This document shows positions 1 through 8,426 of a stretch of 64,000 nt of DNA, one piece after another (position 1 is the stretch's first letter; every line of letters begins with the position of its first letter). Where the stretch lies: contig JAFATB010000019.1 of the NCBI GenBank assembly GCA_019244185.1, positions 256,001 to 320,000 on the forward strand. The letters are read 5' to 3'. Source of the DNA: Acidobacteriota bacterium. GTDB taxonomy: Bacteria > Acidobacteriota > Thermoanaerobaculia > Gp7-AA8. The position numbers and the translations under genes were made by a program. The notes below the pieces were generated by a model, which did no database searches, was not told the DNA's origin, and saw only the letters and a list, made by a program, of their open reading frames with translations.

Positions 1-23
1 CGCTCAACGCCATCGGCACACCC

Positions 24-338
24 ATGTTCCTCCAAGTCGAGGGCGAGTTAAGCGCAATCATCAACGCCTTCGCGCAGCACGCGCCGAGCATCGACGTCTT
101 CCCCATCACAAATGACTCCGCTCTCCTGCGCGTGGTGAGTACTCACGCACTCACGCAGCACGTCTTCAGCACGCTCCCGAATCTTCCGCGCATCAGCACA
201 TGGCACTTCGTCGACACTCCACGCAACGAGTGTGAGCCAGTACGGCCGCGATTCGCCTACGAACTACTCTTCGATCCAGCAACCACCGAATGGGTCTTCC
301 CTACCGAGATGCTCAAGAAGTTCCGAGGTGGACCATGA
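24..338 (+). CDS. Hypothetical protein, probably 5'-truncated by the window edge
   Basis: Frame is open from position 3. The stop overlaps the next ATG (ATGA at 335-338). Confidence 0.55.
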   Translation: MFLQVEGELSAIINAFAQHAPSIDVFPITNDSALLRVVSTHALTQHVFSTLPNLPRISTWHFVDTPRNECEPVRPRFAYELLFDPATTEWVFPTEMLKKFRGGP

Positions 339-736
339 CGGAGAAAAAAGAGTTGGGTGCGCAGGCGATGACGGCCGCGCTGCACGGCGAGAAGACGGCC
401 GTGCTTGAACTACAACACGCGATGATCGGCGAAGAAATCAAGACGCGCGAAGCGATCAAGACGCGCAACCTCGAAAGCATCCATGCAGACGAGGCAACGC
501 TGCGCGAGGAACTGCAGCAAGTTACGCCCGCGCATGAAGGCGCAGCCGACGATCCGAATGCACGCAAGGAGCGACACCTCCTCGAGCGCCAGGAGACCGA
601 ACTCCATCGTGAGGAGCGCGCGGAAGAACGCGCCGCATGGACCGATGAGCAACCGCTCACGCGAGAAGACCGCGAGATCCACAAGACCACACTCGAACAG
701 GAGCAGCGACGCAAGCGCATCGATGAGCTGATGTGA
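335..736 (+). CDS. Hypothetical charged coiled-coil protein
   Basis: ATG at 335 overlaps the upstream stop, with GAGGTGG upstream. E/R-rich helical sequence. Ends 1 nt before the ATPase start. Confidence 0.7.
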   Translation: MTEKKELGAQAMTAALHGEKTAVLELQHAMIGEEIKTREAIKTRNLESIHADEATLREELQQVTPAHEGAADDPNARKERHLLERQETELHREERAEERAAWTDEQPLTREDREIHKTTLEQEQRRKRIDELM

Positions 737-737
737 C

Positions 738-2669
738 TTGCTACCCGACCTTTTCCGCAAGCTCAAGCCGTTGTACGGAACAGCGATCGATCTCTTGTGG
801 ATCGAGTATCAAACCGCCGATGTTGAACGAAAGCGCGAGATCGAGGAGTACCTCACACTCCTCGGCGTCAAGAAGCTCGGCCTCGCGGTTGGTGATGAGA
901 AGCTTGTCCTCGACGCACCGCCGGCAGCGCTCATCGGTGAAGGCGACTTCACGATCGGGATGGTGAGCTACCCGAGCATCCCACCGTATCCGTTCCGTGT
1001 TAAGCGCAACGAGCTGCTCAGGCACATCTTCATCCTCGGGCCAACAGGAACAGGCAAGAGCACGCTGCTCCTCAACATTCTCGTGCAGATTCAAGCTGCA
1101 CGGATTCCGTTCATGGTCTTCGACTTCAAGCGCAACTATCGCTGCCTCTTGCGTGCTTCAGGCAACGAATCGCTGATTGTGTTCACTGTTGGACGCAATA
1201 CCGCATCGCTGTCGATCAACGCGCTCACACCGCCGCCCGGCGTGGAGTTCGAAGAATGGGCCGAAGCACTCAGCGACATCATCAGCACCAGCTACCTCCT
1301 CCTGCAGGGAGCACGCAACGTGATGAAGGAAGCGTTACTCCAAGCGCATGCGCAACACGGCAACACAGCGACACTGTTGCACGCGCACGCGTTGCTCGCG
1401 CACGAGTTAGACGCAACGAAGAGCGGCAGCCGACGCTACGGGTGGCTGGAGTCGTCCACGCGCAGCTTGGAGGAGCTGACGAAGGGCAGCTTCGGTCGCG
1501 CGTTAAACGCAACGAACGGCACGCCAGTCGCTGACATGCTCACACGTTCTGTCGTGTTCGAGCTACAGGGATTCGGTGATGACCAGAAGCGATTCTTCTG
1601 CCTCCTCTGGCTGGAAATTATCCTGCTCCTGCGCAAGAGCAGCAGCGCGCCCCGCGAGCAACTCCAGCACGCGCTCATCTTCGATGAAGGCCACAACGTG
1701 TTCCCGCGCGAGCGACCTGGCGAAGTGAGCGTCCCGGCGCGGCTCGCGCGTGAGGTGCGCGAGTTCGGCGAAGCAATCATCGCGGCAACGCAGCAGGCCG
1801 ACGTGAGCGAGAGCCTGATCGCGAACAGCGGATTCAAACTCATCCTGCGCTGCGACTACCCGAAGGATGTGACGTTCGCGAGTCAGCTCCTCCAGATCGA
1901 TGCGCGCTGGCTGCCGAAGCTCCCCATCGGCACGGGCATCGCGAGACTTCCCGTCCGGTTCTATTCGCCCATCCTCTTCACCTTTGGCGTGCAACCAATC
2001 AAGAACCTCGCAATTTCTGACGAGGAAGTGCACGCGCAGTGGTTGCGCACACACCTACCCATACCAAACTCCGACGTTACGTCAGCCATCGGGCAGTTGG
2101 GCGACCGCGAGGAGGCGCTCCTGCGCGACGTGGCGCTAACGCCGATCAGTCCGATCACGCATCGCTACCAACGCCTCGGCTGGCACATGGAGGTCGGCAA
2201 CCGCACGAAAGACGCGATCATCAAGCGCGGTCTCGCGCGCTTCGATGCAATCAGCACACCCCGCGGTCAGGTGAAGATCCTTACGCTCACGCCCGACGGC
2301 ACTGCGCTGCTTGCGTCACGCGGCATGACGCTGAAGCAGACACGCGGCGGCGGTGCCGAGCATGAGTTCTGGAAGCATGAACTGCGTACCATCCTCGAAC
2401 GCGCCGACTGGCTGGTCGCAGAGGAGTTTGCGCTCGGCGGTGGCAAGAGTGCTGACCTGCGCGCTGATCGCGGTGATCGTGCGCTCTTCGTCGAAGTCGA
2501 AACGGGACGGTCGGACATCGCTGCGAACGTCGCGAAGTACCCAAGCGACGTTGACCTCGTGATGTTCTTCACGAGCGCCGAGGTCGCGCAGCGCTACCGC
2601 GACCTCGTGCTGCTCGATCGGCCTGGTACGCGCTGCCTGACGCCGGCCGACCTGCACCAACTCACGTAG
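738..2669 (+). CDS. HerA/DUF87-like P-loop ATPase with C-terminal wHTH-like and PD-(D/E)XK nuclease-like domains
   Basis: Walker A GPTGTGKS, FMVFDFK, Walker B LIFDEGH, ATQQ. C-terminal EHEFWK...KSADL...FVEVETG. Confidence 0.8.
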   Translation: MLPDLFRKLKPLYGTAIDLLWIEYQTADVERKREIEEYLTLLGVKKLGLAVGDEKLVLDAPPAALIGEGDFTIGMVSYPSIPPYPFRVKRNELLRHIFILGPTGTGKSTLLLNILVQIQAARIPFMVFDFKRNYRCLLRASGNESLIVFTVGRNTASLSINALTPPPGVEFEEWAEALSDIISTSYLLLQGARNVMKEALLQAHAQHGNTATLLHAHALLAHELDATKSGSRRYGWLESSTRSLEELTKGSFGRALNATNGTPVADMLTRSVVFELQGFGDDQKRFFCLLWLEIILLLRKSSSAPREQLQHALIFDEGHNVFPRERPGEVSVPARLAREVREFGEAIIAATQQADVSESLIANSGFKLILRCDYPKDVTFASQLLQIDARWLPKLPIGTGIARLPVRFYSPILFTFGVQPIKNLAISDEEVHAQWLRTHLPIPNSDVTSAIGQLGDREEALLRDVALTPISPITHRYQRLGWHMEVGNRTKDAIIKRGLARFDAISTPRGQVKILTLTPDGTALLASRGMTLKQTRGGGAEHEFWKHELRTILERADWLVAEEFALGGGKSADLRADRGDRALFVEVETGRSDIAANVAKYPSDVDLVMFFTSAEVAQRYRDLVLLDRPGTRCLTPADLHQLT

Positions 2670-2781
2670 GTGTTTCTTCGCCGACACGCCGCGAGGAGCT
2701 CGATTCTCGCGAGCAGGAGGTGTTTCACATCTCCGATAACGTCCGATGCAAGAAAGAGTGTGAAACCGCTCGCCGCTTGTG

Positions 2782-2823
2782 AAAACCATTACGAGAAGCC
2801 GCTGCATGCAAGGTACGAACAAG
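2782..2823 (+). repeat. 42-bp direct repeat, copy 1 (putative promoter/operator)
   Basis: aaaaccattacgagaagccg-N7-caaggtacgaacaag, ending 1 nt before the GTG at 2825. Confidence 0.85.
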
Positions 2824-2824
2824 C

Positions 2825-3241
2825 GTGCCACGACGAAGCACAGGCGCACGCTCCACCCGACGCACGGCGTCTGGATCAACGATCGTTCAAGCGATCCGCA
2901 TTCTTTCCCAAGGCAAGCCGCTGATCGAGGCCGACGAGTGTGCCATCGTTCCCGCTGACAAGATCGGCCCTGGAGAACTCGTGTTTCGTGTCGCCGGCGA
3001 CATGCCAGACGTCGGACTGGCTGATCGCGACCACCTCATCGTGGAGCCGCGCACCAATGGTGACGCCGCAACCGGCGAGTTCGTCATCGCCACGCTAGGC
3101 AATGACGCGTTCGTCGGCCGGTACTGGAGGAAGCACGGTACACGCTCACTGCTCGACGGCGCGTTCCACGTCATCGCCCAAGGCTCGGCCCTACGGGTGC
3201 TCGGCGCGGTGACGCTCGTGCTCCGCGACGAAACCCACTGA
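2825..3241 (+). CDS. Degenerate S24/LexA C-terminal-like domain protein
   Basis: FRVAGD-MPDVGLADRDHLIV...GEFVIATL...FVGR...RVLGAV follows the LexA peptidase pattern, but the catalytic Ser and Lys are absent. Confidence 0.7.
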   Translation: MPRRSTGARSTRRTASGSTIVQAIRILSQGKPLIEADECAIVPADKIGPGELVFRVAGDMPDVGLADRDHLIVEPRTNGDAATGEFVIATLGNDAFVGRYWRKHGTRSLLDGAFHVIAQGSALRVLGAVTLVLRDETH

Positions 3242-3253
3242 AAACACGCGCCA

Positions 3254-3295
3254 AAAACCATTACGAGAAGCCGGCTCGATCAAGGTACGAACAAG
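3254..3295 (+). repeat. 42-bp direct repeat, copy 2
   Basis: Identical 20-nt and 15-nt blocks, separated by a different 7-nt spacer. Confidence 0.85.
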
Positions 3296-3398
3296 TGTCT
3301 TGAGAGAACCGGTCGACACGCCGTCCTCCTCAGCGCGATTCGCGAAGCATCGACCTTCCTTCTCCCGAGCGCAAACACCCTGCGGAAAGGAATTAGCG

Positions 3399-4403
3399 AT
3401 GGATGATTGCGAATACCTCGGCACGCTCGAACGCGATCCTGATGGGACGGTGCGCATCCGCCGACCGCACATCCCACAAGCACCAGCACGCACGAAACGA
3501 CCAATCCAAGTCCCCTTCAGTGTGGAGCGGCAGATCGCACGCGGCAACGTGTACGCGACCACCGTCATCGGGGACAGCATGCAACCCACCATCCTCGACA
3601 ACGACGTCGTCATCGTCTCCACGAGCCGATCGCCGCGGCAACGGGACATCGTCGTCATCAGGGCCAACGGGCCGCACCCGGTGTACGGCCCCATCGACGG
3701 GTACGTGTGGCGGTACCACGCGCGTGCCGGTGAGACGTACTTAGGCAAGGACAACCCGCGCTACCGCGATCGTCAACCCGTGATGCGCGAGGAGATCGTC
3801 GGTGTCGTCACGCGCATCCTTCCCCGTGCCTACCGCGACGAGCAGGAAAACTACCTGCGCATTCAGCAACACCGCGCGCTCTCACGAGCATGCAACATAA
3901 CCGACCCACGGGACCTCGGGTTCTACCGGGAACGCGATCTACGCGAGCTCCGCGCGATCTTTCAGATCCCCGCAGATGAACTTGTCGACGGGCGGCTTCC
4001 GTGGGGTCTCTTCCGCGCAACCGCGATCACCGATCATCCGCACGTCGGCATCACGACGCAGGAGGTACTGACCGTCGAGCCCACGATCGAGAGCTGTACC
4101 GGACAACTCGTCGTTAAACGCAACGAGGACGGAGAGACGATCCTCGGCGTGCTGCAGCGCGACGGCCTGCGCTCACGGCATCCTGGCGAGTTCTTCATCG
4201 AAACCGAAGAGCGGCGCATCAACGTGTCACGCAACGACGGCCACTATCCCCTCTACCGAGCCATCGCCGTCATCAAGCGCATCCAACGGCGCGGCGTCGT
4301 CATTCGCCTGCCGCAATGGACGGTCAGCGTAACGGCACAGTCGGCGACTCGCCCCCAGGCAGAGGAACGAGCACGCGTGCGCGGCACCGGAGGAAGACGA
4401 TGA
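3399..4403 (+). CDS. Protein with S24-like peptidase domain and probable second degenerate S24 domain
   Basis: VIGDSMQPTILDNDVVIV...DIVVI...DNPRY...IVGVV. ATG at 3399 has AAGGA upstream; an alternative TTG start lies at 3300. Confidence 0.75.
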   Translation: MDDCEYLGTLERDPDGTVRIRRPHIPQAPARTKRPIQVPFSVERQIARGNVYATTVIGDSMQPTILDNDVVIVSTSRSPRQRDIVVIRANGPHPVYGPIDGYVWRYHARAGETYLGKDNPRYRDRQPVMREEIVGVVTRILPRAYRDEQENYLRIQQHRALSRACNITDPRDLGFYRERDLRELRAIFQIPADELVDGRLPWGLFRATAITDHPHVGITTQEVLTVEPTIESCTGQLVVKRNEDGETILGVLQRDGLRSRHPGEFFIETEERRINVSRNDGHYPLYRAIAVIKRIQRRGVVIRLPQWTVSVTAQSATRPQAEERARVRGTGGRR

Positions 4404-4867
4404 GCCACGAGTGCACGCGCCGCAGCCTGCTCCAACTCCTCGGCATCACGATCGGCGCCGCCGCCATCCCCGCACGCGCACGAACCCTAGACGTGGAACC
4501 AAGCCGCGATGAACCGATTGAGGCCGAGCAACCGTTGTCAAGTCCCACACGGTTGGAGCGATTCATCCGGTCACATGGCATCAAGCCCGCGCACCTTGCA
4601 CGCGAGTCGGGCTACTCACGACAACACCTCCTCCGCCTGCGCTTTGGTCGCATGCGCCCATCGCTGACCTGCATTGCTGCACTCGTCGTCGCGCTGCGAC
4701 GGCTCACGCAACGACACATCACCGCTAAAGACCTCTTCGAGCCCGGCGATATTCACCTGGCGTGGCGCGAGGTAAGCGGACAGCACGAGGAGCACGACCA
4801 CGAACAACTGCGGGCCGCATTTGGTCGACGAACGTTGCTCGCATTCCTCAACGGAGCACGATCATGA
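4400..4867 (+). CDS. XRE-like HTH protein with Tat-like N-terminus
   Basis: ATGA overlap and GGAGGA RBS. TRRSLL plus hydrophobic stretch plus ARA, then GIKPAHLARESGYSRQHLLRLRFG HTH. Confidence 0.7.
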   Translation: MSHECTRRSLLQLLGITIGAAAIPARARTLDVEPSRDEPIEAEQPLSSPTRLERFIRSHGIKPAHLARESGYSRQHLLRLRFGRMRPSLTCIAALVVALRRLTQRHITAKDLFEPGDIHLAWREVSGQHEEHDHEQLRAAFGRRTLLAFLNGARS

Positions 4868-4918
4868 GCCGCAAGCATTACGTGTCATTCAAGCGCGGAT
4901 GCGACCTCGGGAGACGAC

Positions 4919-5383
4919 ATGAGTCCCGTTGACGCACAGCACATTCGCGAGCTCTTCCTCCACAGGCAACCCTCCTACCGGTTGAGCGAAGCGGCTCGGC
5001 TCCTTAGCATGACGCGCGGTCGGCTAGAGCGCGAAGCACGCGCCGACCAGGAGGACGCGTATCGTGTGAACGGCCGCTGGCGCTTCACGTGGCGACAACT
5101 AGCGTATCTCGCGTTTCGCCGCTGGTCACTGAGCGACATCCACGAGGCGCTCGGCATTGATGCTACTGCAGTGCTGCCGCCACTCCTCGCGCTGCGCACG
5201 ATCTCCATTCGGCTGCCGGAGTACCTCGTGCAGGCCATCGAGCACTTCGCCGTTACCGACGACACCACCGTGGACAACTGGCTGCACCATGAGCTGGTCG
5301 ACTTTGCCGGCACGGTGGTCGATCGGATGGAGAATGTCATCCCTGGTTACCGGCGCGCATACCTCTTTCCGGGTCAGGAGTAA
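4919..5383 (+). CDS. Excisionase-like HTH protein with C-terminal ribbon-helix-helix-like segment
   Basis: YRLSEAARLLSM...GRWRF and TISIRLPEYLVQAIE. GGAG RBS. Confidence 0.65.
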   Translation: MSPVDAQHIRELFLHRQPSYRLSEAARLLSMTRGRLEREARADQEDAYRVNGRWRFTWRQLAYLAFRRWSLSDIHEALGIDATAVLPPLLALRTISIRLPEYLVQAIEHFAVTDDTTVDNWLHHELVDFAGTVVDRMENVIPGYRRAYLFPGQE

Positions 5384-5399
5384 GTTGCGCGATTACGGA

Positions 5400-7061
5400 C
5401 TACGCGGCGGGCTGCTGATTGAACACAATCGCTTCGAAATCACGCAGCGGATCTTCGGCCCGGCCTCCTCGTATCGAATGCATCATGTGCGGAATCTTGT
5501 CGAAGGTGCCGTAGGCAGTTCGGAGTGCGGCCCGATACGCGGCATCTTGCTCCGCATCAAACGGATCGCCTCTGCGTAGCGCTTTCGCCAGCACCTCGGC
5601 GAAGACCGTCTGGTTCAATCGGCGCAGCCTGAAGTACGTGTCGAAGACGAGATGCGACATGCGTGACTTGTAGCTCTCGCTCAACTTGGACGAGGTCAGG
5701 ACATCTAGCAGAATGCGGGCGAGGCAGATGATGGCGCTCTTCGGAATGTTGTGGTTCTCGTACTCATCGTTGTTCTGGATGTTGAAGAGCTCCGCGTCGT
5801 CGGTGAGGCGCTCGACCGCCAGAATCCAATCTCGGCAACGGGACACCATCTCGTAGATGAAGTAGGTGTAACGTGTTTCGTAGAAGCTGTCTGACGGAGT
5901 GTGGCGATCACGCGGATCGTGGTTCTCGATCATGCGAGTCGTGAGCACCTCGTAGTAGAGGAGCCACATGTGATGGCGGATGCGTCCGAACAACGTCGCA
6001 GTCACCATCAGATCGAAAAACACTATCGCGGCGTAGAGCGGCGAGTCCCAACAGCCGTCCTCGCGAAAGTGATCGTCTGCGGTCAGGTTGTTCGGATCGG
6101 AGTCATGCTCCCGGCGCAGCGCCAAGAGTTCTTCGTTTGCGGCATCACCGACCGGCTTGTAGATGCTGAGTCGTTCCGAAACGTGCGGATCATTGAAGAA
6201 GTAACTGAGAAGCGGCTCCCCAGAGGAGAACTGCGCGGCACGTCCATGCCCGGCACCGGGGTTGTCACGAAGCTCGCGATGAAGAACGCTGCCGGAATCA
6301 GCTAACAGCGCCCGCATGTAGTGTTTCAGGAACTCGAACATGTCGCGGTTCGGAGTGGCGAGCAGTTTGAAGGCGAGGTACGGCCGTCCTTTCGCCACTG
6401 CCTCGACGAACTCCCGTGAGCGCTGAATTCGACTGAGGAGTTGTTCTGCGCCCTCCCGCCCCGTTGCGGTTTGCGGCAGATAGCGAACCAAGGGCGACGC
6501 GAGCTTTCTTGCGACCGCTCGTATGCGATGTGGTCGGCGGGCGGCCGCTACCGTGTCCGCGTTCAGTCGAAGAGGTGCAAGTTCTTCGAGGTACTCGGCA
6601 GGAGATGGAGCGATCCAGCGCCGCACTCGTTTCCGCCACGAGTCTGTCCCGGCGAGTCGGCTGAGCCGTTCAAGATGACGGTCGACGACGTGCGCTGCTT
6701 CCGCATAGTTTTGGTTCCAAAGCAACTCCTCCATGAGAGCGTAAAGGCGGGGAACTGCGCGGCGCGACAGCCGTGAGAAGCGAAGGTGCATGCCGACTAC
6801 GGAGACCGTCAGCAGCAGAAGGACGAACGAAGCCCGTTCAGGCGTGAGATTCCACCGGCTCAATCCGAGGCGGGGTGTCAAGCCGAACGCGGCGAAGAAC
6901 GAGTAGAACTGGAGGTAACCGATTCCGATGCCGCCCAAGATCAAGAGCAGCCAATCTGTCGGACGGAAGCGGACACCGAGGTCGAGCTGCCGCGCACGAG
7001 GCATCAGTTGGTACGCAGCGACTGCGAGACCGATGACAGCGACCAAGGTGTCGAGAGTCAT
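5400..7061 (-). CDS. Hypothetical membrane-anchored protein (about 3 N-terminal TM helices, large helical soluble domain)
   Basis: 553-aa ORF with hydrophobic N-terminal segments and protein-like composition. Confidence 0.75.
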   Translation of the reverse strand: MTLDTLVAVIGLAVAAYQLMPRARQLDLGVRFRPTDWLLLILGGIGIGYLQFYSFFAAFGLTPRLGLSRWNLTPERASFVLLLLTVSVVGMHLRFSRLSRRAVPRLYALMEELLWNQNYAEAAHVVDRHLERLSRLAGTDSWRKRVRRWIAPSPAEYLEELAPLRLNADTVAAARRPHRIRAVARKLASPLVRYLPQTATGREGAEQLLSRIQRSREFVEAVAKGRPYLAFKLLATPNRDMFEFLKHYMRALLADSGSVLHRELRDNPGAGHGRAAQFSSGEPLLSYFFNDPHVSERLSIYKPVGDAANEELLALRREHDSDPNNLTADDHFREDGCWDSPLYAAIVFFDLMVTATLFGRIRHHMWLLYYEVLTTRMIENHDPRDRHTPSDSFYETRYTYFIYEMVSRCRDWILAVERLTDDAELFNIQNNDEYENHNIPKSAIICLARILLDVLTSSKLSESYKSRMSHLVFDTYFRLRRLNQTVFAEVLAKALRRGDPFDAEQDAAYRAALRTAYGTFDKIPHMMHSIRGGRAEDPLRDFEAIVFNQQPAA

Positions 7062-7382
7062 AAACCTTGGAATGTTCTAACAGTTGTGGCTGCTCGGACG
7101 TTCCCGCCGGGCTGCGTTAGGCCGCCGAGAGCTCGAAAGTCCCGACCCGGTGCGGTACTAGCCTGATTGGATAGCCGGCGCAAGTGGGGGCGCCACGAGG
7201 CTCGTCGTGCTCGTGGCAAGCTGATACGCTTCGCCAGCGTAGGAGCCGTGTGGTCCATCCTGGAGGAGTACGCGTACAGGCGTCCTGCAGCGCGATACGG
7301 GAGGAGCGACCCGTTCCTGAGTCGGATGGTGTATGCAGCAAGGCCGGAATTCGGATAATGCCATCGGGAATCAAAGCGATGC

Positions 7383-8426
7383 CTATTCCGACGGCCCGCG
7401 CTTTTCACGCCCTGCTTTCGCTACCCCATCCTCGCAGTCCGCGGCAATCCGCTCCAATACTTCCAGCACTGGAAGGCTATTCTTAAGGGGCGACTCCGAC
7501 GGTGTGCCGTGTCGCACGCTGTGACAGAAACTATGAAAGGCGTTCGCATAGCCAGCAGCATCCATACCACCTCGAGCCACGGGCAGCGAATACTCCACAT
7601 GGGCCTTGCCGCCGATGGATTCATCACGAATGTTCGCAATGCCCTCGCCGACGAACCGGGCGTCCCGATGATCTTTGACAACACCCAGGATGCCGGCACC
7701 AGTTACAAATTCTGTGCTCGTCTCGAATTTGTTCCAGTAATTACCAAGATCAAGGTCCGCACGAGCGCCGCGACTGAAGTCCAGTCCGACCTGCAAGGCG
7801 AACCGCCCATTCGCAAACAGCGTAATTCCGCTGGTAACACAGCGTGGTGGGCCAAATAGATCCAATGCCATCTCCACAGGATGGACACCGACAGAATAAA
7901 GATAGCTTCTCACTAACGACATGTTCCACATGCTGCTGCGTGGCTTAGCTGTCAAGAATCGAAGCTTCGCATACTGGATCGGACCATATCTCTCCACAAT
8001 CGCCCGCGTCTGCCGATACACCGTGCCGAAGCGGAAGTTATAATCCACAAATATTGTGCACCGCGCTTCTGTCGCGGCCTCTATCGCGGCAAGTTCGCGC
8101 AATTGGCTCGGGTGCTCCGCTGGCGGCTTTTCTATGAATGCATGAAGTCCGCGAAGAAGCGCGTATCGAGCCACGGCAACGTGGAGATGCGGCGGACCTG
8201 CTACCACGATTGCATCAGCCGCGATCGAATCTAAACACGTTTCCCATGATCCAGCATAAGCACGCACGTTGTAACGTTGTTCGAGTCGTTGCGCCTTCTC
8301 TTCGGTTCTGCAACACATCGCCACCATCTGTACCCCGTCAGCCACTTGGAGCATCGGCAACAAGTTCTCTTGCATATGCTCGCCGAGTCCAAGGATGGCT
8401 ACACGAATTGGCGACACGTGGCTCAC
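7383..8426 (-). CDS. Gfo/Idh/MocA family oxidoreductase
   Basis: IRVAILGLG Rossmann motif, AFIEKP, VDYNFRF, GVHPVE. GTG start overlaps the upstream stop (GTGA). Confidence 0.9.
   Translation of the reverse strand: MSHVSPIRVAILGLGEHMQENLLPMLQVADGVQMVAMCCRTEEKAQRLEQRYNVRAYAGSWETCLDSIAADAIVVAGPPHLHVAVARYALLRGLHAFIEKPPAEHPSQLRELAAIEAATEARCTIFVDYNFRFGTVYRQTRAIVERYGPIQYAKLRFLTAKPRSSMWNMSLVRSYLYSVGVHPVEMALDLFGPPRCVTSGITLFANGRFALQVGLDFSRGARADLDLGNYWNKFETSTEFVTGAGILGVVKDHRDARFVGEGIANIRDESIGGKAHVEYSLPVARGGMDAAGYANAFHSFCHSVRHGTPSESPLKNSLPVLEVLERIAADCEDGVAKAGREKRGPSE

Noticed and set aside
4873-4882. Possible third copy of the 42-bp motif (aagcattacg)
   Set aside because: Only 9 of 10 nt match and the second block is absent.
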